64,000 nt of DNA from Lingula anatina (Eukaryota > Animalia > Brachiopoda). The position numbers were made by a program, and so were the translations under genes. Positions 36,283-48,800 of the stretch are shown here, piece after piece; position 1 is the stretch's first letter, and each line of letters opens with the position of its first letter. The notes under the pieces are model-generated. The model made no database searches. It saw only the letters and a list, made by a program, of their open reading frames with translations, and was not told where the DNA came from. The stretch covers positions 25,606,001 to 25,670,000 of the forward strand of contig CM120642.1 of NCBI GenBank assembly GCA_051362555.1, in the 5' to 3' direction.

Positions 36283-36418
36283 TGCCGTTTACCTCATGTT
36301 AAGGGCCGTAAGCGAACAACGGTGAGATGAATTTACATGCACATTAACTTTAATATTATCCTTACCTATTATCGCAAGTCTTGCCCCTATGGCAGAATTT
36401 TGCCGAGGATTCTGCCAT
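36283..36418 (-). pseudogene. Remnant of MFS intron 1 and the 3' end of exon 1
   Basis: GCCGTTTACCTCATG..CCGTAAGC.AACAACGGTGAGATGAATTTACATG..CCTTACCTATT.TCGCAAG matches 27070-27260. Confidence 0.75.
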
Positions 36419-38714
36419 TTATGTATATGGTTTGAAATAATATTGAGAGACACCTTATAGATTGTAGTAGTTTTATTTGTCGTTGCACAGGTGACCGACC
36501 AAACAAGTTACTCCATGAAGTCTGCTCTGGCAAAATGATTAGAAATGAACATACTATTCCATTTTTGCAAGTCTAAAATAACTGGAGTGTTATTAGCCCA
36601 AAATCGTCCAAAGTAATTTCTTTTGGGTCCACTTACTTCATATTTCTTGCCATTATGCTACTGGTACGAAATATTTTTATGTGCTGACCGCAAATGCGAT
36701 AGTGTGGATTATTCATCGGCGAGTTTACTCGTGTCTAACACGTAACTGCTGGTACGAGTATTCATTTTTCTTCATAAAATGGACGTTTAGTACACATTAG
36801 TTCATGATACTGTGAATGTGGAGTTATGGACTATCACAGCTATGTTGTATCTAAATCCTTTTTATGGAAGTTTTCAGATTTACTCGCAGCGTTTTTGTTA
36901 GAGCACGGTATAGTCAGGCAGTGCGGTCGTTTTTGTTTTTCGAATAAAGAGATCAGTGTTTAAAGGAGATGCAAAAACATGGCCAAAGCGGTGGACTTGT
37001 ATAAAATAATACTTCGAATAAATGTTGCAAAGAACATTTGTATTTGCTCCAAGTGTATTGAAATTTGAAATTTACGTTTGTTCATACTTTTAAAAAGTAG
37101 TCAGACATTTTATGGCTTTGGTTATAAAATTCCTTACTTATATTTCACAGTGGTATTTAGATGTCAAGGACTTTAAAGCCTCGGCTTTAATTCGGTTGTC
37201 ATTAATGAACTGTGGTTTGGATATTGAAAAGGTTGCTTGTCTAACATGCCGACCACAACGTCTAAGTCAATAGCAGATAGGAAATGATCAACACGTTTCA
37301 GATATTGTTTTTTTTTTGGTTCTTTATTGACAAATTACAGTTTAACTATATAAATAATGCCTGTGTTTACCTGTGTTGACAGTTTTTAAAGATATATCAT
37401 TCAACTTCACTCATTAGTAAAATAAAAACCATGGGAAACTTAACTTACTGAAGGGTGGAATATCTGTATATAAGGACATTTCGTGGTTGAATTTGGCACA
37501 ATACTGTGCATCTATTTCAAAAGGCTGAAACCTGATAATAAAAGTGATAACATTTATGCCTTAACTTATGAAAACTATTAAATATAAACTCATGAATGGA
37601 TATATACAACAAAACTTACATTTAATTATTATCAGCTCTGAATAAAATGTACCAGGGGAAAGATGTCAGGAAGTATAAATTATAATCAGATTTGAAATTA
37701 TGATGATAAACATTAAATACAAATGCAACAAATAAACAATACAGAATCAAAATGCAAACTGTGTCACAATCTGTGTAAAAGATATGCCAAACAGAAATCT
37801 TACAATGATACTAGTAGTCTATGTTCGCAAAACTCAACATTAAATTTTTAAGCGACCATCACAACCCCACCCCTCACGTTGGTCTAATGTTATTTATTTT
37901 CCTCACTGCCAAACGTTAAGTCTGTTTTATATGATTTCTTGTCTAAGACGATGCGAACAAATATATTTAATTGAGGATTTCATTAAATCGTTAAACATCA
38001 GCCTCATTCAGAATAGGGGACTAACTGGTCCGAGGGTCAAATATGGCCGATCCACTTGAGTACTTCCGCACGGGATATCTATTTCGTGTCTATTAGCGGA
38101 TTAGATGACACGCTTTGTAGTGGGTTGCCATATTTGACCCTCGGACTAGTTAGTCCCCTATTCTAAACGGGGCCTTACACTTAGCATATCTTACTTTTAC
38201 GCTCCAAACCAATCCGCAGTACCATGTTGTTCTGTTTTTTATAACATTTATTTATTTGTATTATACTTGCTGAAGATTTAACAAAAGGCAAAAGTTGATA
38301 ATCCACAGTAAGTGATACAGTAATTCTATGTTCATATCGACAGTATATGATGCTACACGTACCTCTCTTATTATCTCCAGCACACCCAAAAGGCAGTAAG
38401 GCGTTTTGTACATATTATAGATTTCTTTTGAGCAGTTTTTAGCACCTTTGCTTTGACCAACGGGCAGTCCATTATAAATATCTATATTTTAATATATATA
38501 TTTATATCAAAATGCTTATATAGGAATAGTAGAAAAATATACTTCTTACGTACACTGCAAGGCATCTCTTACGTGCCCCAAACGTGTGTTTGACATGATA
38601 TTCTTAAAAAGGTACGAATCAAATATTTTACTGTTGCCGCTGTAGAAAGTACATCTGTATATATGATTTTGAACGAGCAAAATGATAGCACAGTATCCAG
38701 TTACTGATTCGCAT

Positions 38715-41475
38715 TTACTTCTGCATAGGAATTATCTCAGCGTGTTTTGTTTTCGTCGAAAATTTATTCATTACTACAATAGTGGACATAGTTATGCCGC
38801 ATATAAAATACCCAATAGCCAATATCACAAAGACCAATGAGTAGGACTTCTGCCAGTCGTATATAGCACCTGGAATAATGTAAGATATCCTGCCTCATCG
38901 ATGTGGTATGGATTTTGATGCAAAATATTATCAACTTAAATACAGTGTGTGTTGTAATTAGAAATTATGCGCCCTGGAAAACGGCGTTTCTTTGTTGTTC
39001 ATTTTTTGTAATTTCAAATTACTATCTTTATATGCAAGATTATTATAAAATGACTAAACGACCTTTTAATCAGGTATAATTTCTATTTACAAATGCCCAA
39101 ACTGCTACAATAGTTCACTTATCCTGACAGTTACACAAGATATGAAAATAATTCTTTTAAGACAACTGTTTCTTTATTTTGTTGAATTTCATACCTGAAA
39201 GATACGGCGCTGCAGCCATTCCGACGTGTATACCACCAATGCAGATGACATATACTTGTTGCACGTTTTGTCCAGACATAACTTCTGAGCATGACGCATA
39301 CATAGCAGAGAATAATGGACCCTGACCAAAACCTAGAACTGTTATCAGAACGGAAACATTGCATTAGCATTGCTTTGGAGAAGCCACGATATGAAACAGA
39401 GATATATGGAAATTGAAGGCGGAAAGGGTAGGAAAATCCCTTCTTCTAAGCATTTAAGTTCTGGGACATATCAAATACGGCAGGTCTTTACTGTGTATAT
39501 TGTGAGCCAGTAGCTAGGGTGTCATTTTCCACCTCTTGGGAAAGCGGGGGCACTGAGTATCATCTTAACGAACTATGTACCATAAGAGTTCATTTGCAGG
39601 TGTAGGAACGTTTACAGTGTCACGAAAAGCAACTTCGAATGATCTGTACGCATTACACGCTTAAATCAAAGGGAAATCACAACAACTACTATCCACTTTA
39701 GAATCAATTCCAATATACCTATACTATACGGTATAAACGCTGTAGATGACGTGGCAGCATATCCCAAGAGCATGTTTGCGGCTAAGATTAACGCCAAAAC
39801 TGCGTGTATCTTCAAAATATGTCCCTTCACATGGTCACCAACTAGGGTTGTAGCTAAACGAATAAGAAAACTGCAAACTGCCTCTGTCGTCATAAACCGA
39901 ACTGCCACATAAGACGGTAAACCCATGTCTTCTAAGTGCTTGATCTGTGTAAAAATCAAACATAATTATTATCCAAATTGGATAAACACACACACACAAC
40001 ACAAATAATTGTGGGGTTTTCCCCGCCAAAGAAAGATTTTACCGGGGAAAAAATAAAATTTCTCGTACTCACAAATCATTTATTTAGTCCTCTGCGCACT
40101 TGGATTCGAGAAAATTAACATTATTTGATATAGTTAAAAACAACTGGCCAGTCATTATAACCAGAGACCATCTTCCGGAGCTGCCATGGAAATAACAACA
40201 TTAGGAACGTTCTAGAAAATTATTAAAGGGGTCAAATCATTTAAAGGTGTATGTAGGGTTTTATAAGAAACTGTGGATGGCAATTATAAGTATTTAGGTG
40301 TTTTTCAAACCCATGGAGTGTACCTTTAAATTTTGCATTTGATGTCCGATAGACAAGTTGCAACACATCTGTAAGCAACGCGCATAAATATATATATGTA
40401 ACTATTCACTTATTTTGAATTGTATAGCTTTAGGATATTGTAACCCTTAATTATCATCATACCGAAACTGAGGTTTCTTGCATCTATCTTTATGCCGATT
40501 AAAAAAAATCTCGTCCAAATTAAATATTGACTTTATATTTATCGTTGCAACGTGTAATTTAACACCGTTCTATTTTAAGGTGAGATAGCAATCGATATGG
40601 GGCGCTACTTAAATCCTGAACACGAAAACTGGCAGAGATGACCTCGATTGCATGGGCTATAATCTCGTGCCGTCATGTTGTTTTTAATGTTTTATTTATC
40701 AAATTGAGTTATGAGTCCCTAATTACAGCTTTCCAACAAACATATAGGCATTATTTTGCTTTATCAAAGATAAAATCTTGACTAAGGCTTTTAAGAAAAA
40801 GTCACACTTAATTTGACAAGAAAACTTAGACTCCAAAATTTTGACAGTGCAAAGTTTCCAGCATTTTTACCAAAATTCCGGTTGAATTGCTATGTCCAAT
40901 TCCGTTTGCAACATTACTTAGAAACCACATTGACAGGATGGAAACCCGCTGGACACTTCCAAAAACTTTCTCGTCTGCCTCTTGATTTTCTTGTCCTGCT
41001 TGAGTACCAGGACTTGGAACCATCCAAGTGGTAATAACACTATAAAATACTCGTCATTAAAGAAATTGCAAAATCATACCAATTATAATTTTGTTGACAA
41101 TCTAGATGCAACTTAAGTTCAACGATATAGACAGAGACATTTTCTCCTAGAGGCAAAATATGCCAGTAGGCCTACTACGTAGAATTTCTTAAATGGAAAT
41201 AGTTCCTTTCTTCTGTCAAATGGAAATATACATTAATAATATACATGTGACTGTGTTTAATTTATAGCAAAGTTTGTACCTACCAGAAACAAGAAAAATA
41301 CCGGCGAGTACAAGGTAGCCACATCTCCAGCCAAGAGTTCGAAACAGCCATTCAATAAGGTTAGCATAGAGGGCAGTGCCTATTAAAATAGTTATGTTGT
41401 TTCTATCACTGACGCCCGCTTTTTATTGTTTTTAAAAGCTATATTTTTTAAAGATTTATAAATACTACAGAACCC

Positions 41476-41511
<36 letters not shown>

Positions 41512-42559
41512 AGAGATTTAAATACTGTTATAATGAAATGTGGAGAAATTATCATAACCGCAGTTAAAGCAAAGCGCTGCCGTAATTTCAAATTTGACTT
41601 TTTTTCTGAAAAATAAATTTCAAAATGTCTTAGCTATGTTGGTTAGTTATGTTGCTTAAACTTGATGAGATATTGCTAAAAGTAATTTATTAAAATGACA
41701 GCACAATCCACGACAAGATACGCGACAAAAATAAGTGAATTACTTGCCCGCAATCATTACAAGGCGACCAAAACTTGTAGCCAAAACGTGATATCTGTGA
41801 TCCCAAGGAAACCATTCCGCTATCCTGAAGGTGTACACCAGTCTAATGATAGTAATGGAAAATCCAGTCATGATGCCGTGTGTAAATATAAGAAATGTCA
41901 CTGATGGCGCCATGGACGACAGAGCTAATCCGAGGACTAAGACAGACATGAACGTTATGATTCTAATTTTCGGTTGGAGCACGGAAAAATTTTTAGTGAA
42001 TAAACATCCCAAAGCAGCCGAGGTGAACAACATGCTTTGAATGAGACCTGAAATCATGAAAAAGATTTGATTAATAATGATGATTTTATCTGCCTATGTC
42101 ACCGCTTATTCTCAGGCGCCACTCACTATACTAATAAAATCCATAGAAATGTATCAAAGTAAAACTATAATGTAGAGTAGACAGAAACATTTTACCTCTA
42201 CCTTTGTTTACTATTAACCTTTTGACCTAAATGTCCATCAGATTCTTAGCTTTATATAGCGGTCAGTGAGGGTCACAAAAGTCAGACCAGAATGGCTGTT
42301 AACCTTCTGGAATGAGTACATAAAGCATTCAAGGCCGAAAACTGAGTTAAGTTGGTCGTAAGCTAAGAGCGGTGATATACACGTACTCTAGCTTGTGTTC
42401 AATAACCACAATATTATATATACCTATTGTCGCAAGACTTCCTCCTAAGACAGGATCCTCGGCAAAAGCAGCGTTGAACACACCCCAGCTCATCTGATAT
42501 CCACTAAAAGTCATATAACACATGACTGTAGCAAGTACGAACTTCCATCCATAATACAT
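38715..42559 (-). pseudogene. MFS SLC16-like copy C: all 7 exons (42559-42424, 42047-41748, 41379-41284, 41039-40871, 39944-39719, 39338-39195, 38869-38715) but a 1-bp deletion in exon 4
   Basis: Exon 4 is 169 bp versus 170 in copies A and D (TTCCAAGTCC versus TTCCAAAGCC); all other exons and splice sites look intact. May be a sequencing error. Confidence 0.75.
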
Positions 42560-45014
42560 GCTGCATGTAGATGTGCACGTTCCTTACACAGCGGACATGT
42601 AGAGTACAGGGTACAAGAACACTGACAGGCGCATTAAAAAGTCCTCCAAAAGTCCCGATTGACGTTTAGATTTCTTTCCTAAAATATTTGTATAACACAA
42701 GCACTATAAATTATTTGCATAATATAACCTACTAGTATCTCTGTTCCGTTCGAGTAAAACAGCATTGTCTCTATTTTTTTTTAGCTACATTAAGTTAAGA
42801 TTAGATTTGCCATGCGATGTCTGTGCGTTGCACGTACACTGCCCATAAATATCTTTTGGTGCGACGCCTGAGCGGAGATAGCCAGTACGTACGGAATCGT
42901 ACGGATGTACAGCCTCCGTAGCCTCCACGATTTTGTCAAGCTGAAACTTTTGACTTTTTTAAATCGTAAGCCGGTAGGCATCAGCAATATCGAGGTAACA
43001 TTGCACAATTGCACATGGGCAATATAAGGCGGACTTGTGGTTATCGTACAACACCGCAAGGCGACCCTGCAGTACGGAGTTGTCAAAATTGATAAGTATT
43101 TGTCTGGGCACGCACGATGAAAACGTACGATTTTCCGTACAAACTTTTTAATATCGCAAGTAGCTACGGGATACAGCAAACACGTTTACATCATGTGTGG
43201 GCGCCGTGTAATTTCTCCAACATAACACTGTGGGAAGATGGGGAAAATATTTTTTTCGGTTGAACGGAGCCCTTTTAGTCTCAGTACAGTTGCCGCACGC
43301 CTTTCGTGCGGCTTTCTTAAAGATCCACGCGTTGTCGCTGCCGTCCCTTACAATTTTTTTCACATGGTCGTCAGATAAACAAAACCCACAAATTCAGATC
43401 TGTGCGAGTGAATTACGGTAAGGAATTTTACAATTCTTTGATTACACTAACTTTTAAGCATCTTTAAAATTCCTGTCTCCTAAACCACATAAGAAGGAAG
43501 AGAAAGAGACCAACATCAGGTTCAACCAGTATCAAAATCATAGCAAGTCCACCGAACAGAACCTGTGGGGGAACTGTGTAATGCCATTTACGATATATAT
43601 ATATAATACGACATTTACAATATAATACTTGGGACCGGCGGGCTTACATTTTTTTAAATTTATATACTAGGCGCATGTTTGGCGATGAACTTAAAATAGA
43701 TTTTTTTCTTAGATTTTGGTGTTGTGAAAGTGGTATTTTTTGCATTATTCTCCACTAAAGCCATTTTAAAACTGATAAATGCCCATATAATCTAAACTCA
43801 GTCGTAAGCTTTGCTCGAATAAATTCTGCGAAGGGATACCGCAATGACCAAAGCAAGCCCCAATTGTCGTTTATGCGTAATTAAAGGTTTCACTGTTTCC
43901 GACACTTTCTAAGCGTACTAGCATCATTTCGTCCAATGACCAATTCACCAGGAGAAAGTGCTTTCCCTAGCAAGACTATCTCTAACAAGACACTCATTTC
44001 CAATTACAAAACGTGTCGATTGATTCTGCAAGAGTGCGAACCACGCCTATGGAAACTAACAGCTGTTAATTACCAAACGTTGGTGACAGTTTAAAGGATA
44101 ACAACAAATTAGTCAACAGCAGCTTGGACATGGACTTGTGTACTGGTGTGGCATGAATCATTCGGAGCGTGAACCATCTGTTCTGCTCATGCGCACGAAG
44201 CGCAGGCAAATCTGAAAGACTTCCGGCGTGTACAGTCCGTCTATATCGATTCATCAATACATTATGGTTGCTTTATATTAGATTTATATTAGATTTGATA
44301 AGTACAATTGTGTAACAGATGATGAGAAACATGGAGTACGATGTCTGTTTACTTTTAAGAGCCACATAATTAAGTACATTGTTAGACTTTAATAAACATA
44401 CACTGTTGAGAACATACTGCAAATTTAAACATAATCTTTAGAAATATTCTTATAGCTGTTCACTTCTACAGCGATTTCGATCAGGTGGCCATATCAACAC
44501 ACTAGCCTAGTAAAAATCAATGCAATAATACATGTAGTAGGCCAACGAATATTTTGCTTTTTGTTTTTCAAGATGCAATTCTTGTGGCAGTTTTTGCGTA
44601 ATGCGTCTGTTGAAAACATGTTCAAATATTCTGTTGTGTCAGTCAGCCCTTCTCGTCTTCGACGCCTGTCCCTCTATTTTCAGGACATCAATGATCAACT
44701 GGCTTATTATCAGTACATGCAGACATTGCACTACTGTACTTTCAAAAAAAAAGGAGTTTATGTCTCCTTGATCTAAGCCGATTTTAGTAATAAAACGTGC
44801 CAATTAAAAGAATAGAACAAAGTTACGGGTACGCTTCTGGTAAGGTCAACGATGCGTCAATCAGACGGAAAAATCCCCAAAAATCCCTACAGGAGGTAAC
44901 TGCCAAATCCAAAAAGTTTAACACGATCAAAAATTGAAAAACGGCGTGAGGTTGTAATGACAATCGTATTCGCTAGAGAGCACTATGCGTAAAAGTAGAG
45001 TGAGGTGAAGTACA

Positions 45015-45257
45015 CACACTGGACAATACAAGTGTCACCCCTACTGAACCAATTCTTTGGGGGAGATGAATGACTGTAGAATGATATGCTCTTGGTATCA
45101 ATCTATTAACATCAAATTTCACAAAAGAAACGGTTCTGACTGAACTATTCAACCGTATCGATATTCTGACATTACTTATATTCCGCCTCTTCAGGTTAAT
45201 AACTTTGATTACTCTGATTCAGGGGGTGACACTTCTATTAATATATTGTCCAGTGTG
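45015..45257. mobile_element. MITE with CACACTGGACAATA termini
   Basis: CACACTGGACAATA..AGTGTCACCCC / GGGGTGACACT..TATTGTCCAGTGTG inverted ends. Confidence 0.7.
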
Positions 45258-45886
45258 TGAAGTAGCGCTCGCTTGATTAAACGCTGAGACGCTTAGGGTT
45301 ATGTGCCGGTAATACCTCATATCAAAGACTTGTACCTCATAGTTGAAAACAAATAAAAACATAAATACTTATTCATAAATATGCCGCAATTTTCTTTTCT
45401 GATTTAAAAAGTAATCAAAGGAATAGAAGAACACTAAAGCGATTGGCTGTACTTGAACGTTTGACTTACATTTCACAAGCATTCGTTGATATTTTGCTTT
45501 TGCAATTGATAACCAAACCACAGCTTCAGGATTTGTTTTCCATAACATTTTTATTGCTTTATATAGCAATGCATTTGGAGAAAAATAAACATACAGCAAG
45601 AAATTTATAAGGTAAATGATACTGTTATTCAATATTTTTATACCGTCAGAATCCCCTCTATAATGTAAAACTTTCAATGATTTCAAGTATACCAGAAAAG
45701 GAAAAAGACGTTTTGCATTCTTTGTCATTTTTGAGCGGTTGGTTAGATTTGCTTCGAGCACTGAGCAGTCATTTCAAATGTTTCACATGTCTTGGTCAAG
45801 GTTCTTGTTGAGGCGGTTGACTGAATATCTGGATAAGATTCATATTAGAAAAATGATAGTACGGTTTCCCAGTTACTGCCTCGCAT

Positions 45887-48800
45887 TTACCTCTTCACAG
45901 GAATAATCTCAGAATGTTTTGTCTTCGCCGAAAATTTATTCATCCCTACAATAATGAACAAGGTGAGACCACATATAAAATACCCAACCGCTAATATCAC
46001 AAATACCAATGAGTAGGACTTCTGCCAATCGTATATAGTACCTGGAAAAAATAAAACGTTTGATTTTATGGGTACACTGTTCTGGATATATATTGCTATT
46101 TAAAACGATTACTAACCCAAACACGCACGCGCGGGCTCGTTGTAGATAATACAGGCTTGACAGTGTTGGCATTTTCCCAAATCATTTTCCTTCGATTTTT
46201 CCTATTTTTCTGACTGATAAATGAAAACAAGAATGTCTTAAAACTTTAAATTATCTCATAAGTGTCGCTGTGACATCAGTTCTTTAACTAAATTACATGT
46301 ACCCTAATTAAGCAAACAAAAACAAATGGCTGATTCTCAGGCAATCGACAATTAAAAACGTTAAAATCATTTACGAAAACTGACTCTTACTTTCAAGGCC
46401 ATACCTGAGAGATATGGTGCTGTGGCCATGGTTGATTCTCAGTCATACAACAATTAAAATCATTTACGAAAACTGACTCTTAGTTTCAAGGCCATACCTG
46501 AGAGATATGGTGCTGTGGCCATGGTTGATTCTCAGTCATACAACAGTTAAAATCATTTACGAAAACTGACTCTTAGTTTCAAGGCCATACCTGAGAGATA
46601 TGGTGCTGTGGCCATGGTTGATTCTCAGTCATACAACAATTAAAATCATTTACGAAAACTGACTCTTAGTTTCAAGGCCATACCTGAGAGATATGGTGCT
46701 GTGGCCATTCCGACGTATAATGCAACATCACATACTATATATATGTCGTGTACGTTTTGTCCAGACATTACTTCTCCACATGATGCATACATAGCAGAGA
46801 AAAAAGGACCCTGGCTTAAACCTAGAACTGAAAAGGCAAATATTTTTATATATATAAAAACACCATACTGGACACTTTCGTCCTTTATCACAAGGACATC
46901 TTGAGGGAACTGTCACTGAGATTTAATATTTTTGAGTTTTGAACATCACTACAATTCGATAAACATGTGAACCTAGCACTGATATCAAAACAAAAAAGTT
47001 ATACATACATGTGGGTGTTACATGTACATAAATACAAGCAGATCTAAGTAAAAAGATTATAAAAGTTTGTTAGTGTAATGTTCATCCTCTCAACTCTACT
47101 TCGTAAAATATCTATAAGATAAACTCATTATACATTGCACTTGAACAAAATGTAAAAAAAAACACTTTGCTTGTAAAACGTCTTATTTCACTTATTTGAT
47201 TATAATCCAATTAATTTTTAAATCAGATCTTTCTCTCTTATCAAAATATACCTATACTATACGGTATAAATGCTGTAGGTGTGGTGGCAGCATATCCCAG
47301 AACCATGTTTGCTGACAAGATTAACGCCAAAACTGCGTGTATCTGTAATATATGTCCCTTCACACGGTCACCGATCAGGGTCATAGCTAAACGACTTAGG
47401 AAATTGCAAACTCCCTCTGTAGCCATGAACCGAACAGCGATATAAGACGGTAAACCCAGGTCTTCTAAGTGCTTCATCTGTATTTAAATCAACTATATTA
47501 GTTATCTAAATTTGAAATGTATACAAATGCACATTTGAAAAACTGTAAAATGAAAACCGAGTTTCTTAGACGATGATTGTATTATTATATACACAGCAAA
47601 CAGGTACTTCAGAGATTAGACGAGTTGCATCCTCTTAAGTTTCAAAACCAGTACTCCCAACTGAGAAATAGTTTTTTAGTCAAAATTGAAATCCAGGAAA
47701 CACGTCACCGTTCTTTATGGCATTCCTAAGTTCGGAGATCGGAAAACGTACATGTACTAGTACTTGAGCGGTATTAGTTTTTTTGTAGTTTTTTCTAGTC
47801 ATTAAATGGTTGTGGAAAATATCAAATTGTTGTGGACCCCAACAAAATATTTTTATTTCGTTTTTTTCCAGCAACCCGTTGTACGGTCCCATTTGTTCTT
47901 CAAACAAAAGTAAAGAATTCACATACTCATTCTCACACATTAACGCGTTTAGAAATGACGTCATGGTACCTTTGGCACATTTAAATGTTAAATGATTTTA
48001 CCAAAATTCCAGTCGAATTAACATGTCCTACTCCGTTTGCAACATTGCAAAGAAACCATATCGTCTGAATGAAAACTTGCTGGCCACTCCCAAAAACATT
48101 GTCCTTTTTGTCATCTTCTTCTGGTCCTGCTCGACATTCAGGGTTTTCAAACCATCCAAGAGGAAGCAACACTTAAAGGAATACATGTAATTAATGGGAT
48201 TGTAAAATCATAAATCTGTAGGTGCCAAAAACATTTACATCTGTATATGCTGGGTGATTAAATATGATAAATTTGGTTCGCAAGTGAAAAACATAAGATA
48301 TCGCACCGAACTTGTGAACTTCATCAAATACCTTTGTAAGATGAATATTTGTAAATGTATTTCTCAAACTGGAGAGGGTAAGACGGAAGGCCTACTTCAT
48401 GTAGTATTTCTACAGCTATGAAAAGTTTGGTCATCAAACTGATCTAAAATGAACAAGCAAAGATTTTCTTTTTTTGCACCAATTGAGTACTAGTACTTAC
48501 CAGAAAAAAGGAAAATACCAGCAAGTACGAGGTAACCATATCTCCAGCCAAAAGTTCGAAACATCCATTCAGTAAGATAAACGTAGATTACCACACCTTA
48601 TCAAAAGATAAAATATATTGATGGCAATTACTGAGACTCTGCGAGAGAGGGTATGTGTTAGCACAAGCATCAGACGTTTTCGTCTCGTTTCAGAAATAAG
48701 TCACACGGACAGCTTTGATGTGTTTAAGACTATTACACTCATTAAAAATATTATTGAAGGTTATCTTAAAATACTCACGTTATATTCATTGTTTTGTACC

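Noticed and set aside
42790-43421. GC-rich ORFs (129, 71 and 63 aa) upstream of copy C
   Set aside because: No recognisable domain; CGTACG/CCGCACG-rich composition suggests a repeat remnant whose termini I could not define.
45369-45761. 130-aa minus-strand ORF
   Set aside because: Non-ATG start, AT-rich, lies in the 3' region of copy D, no motifs.
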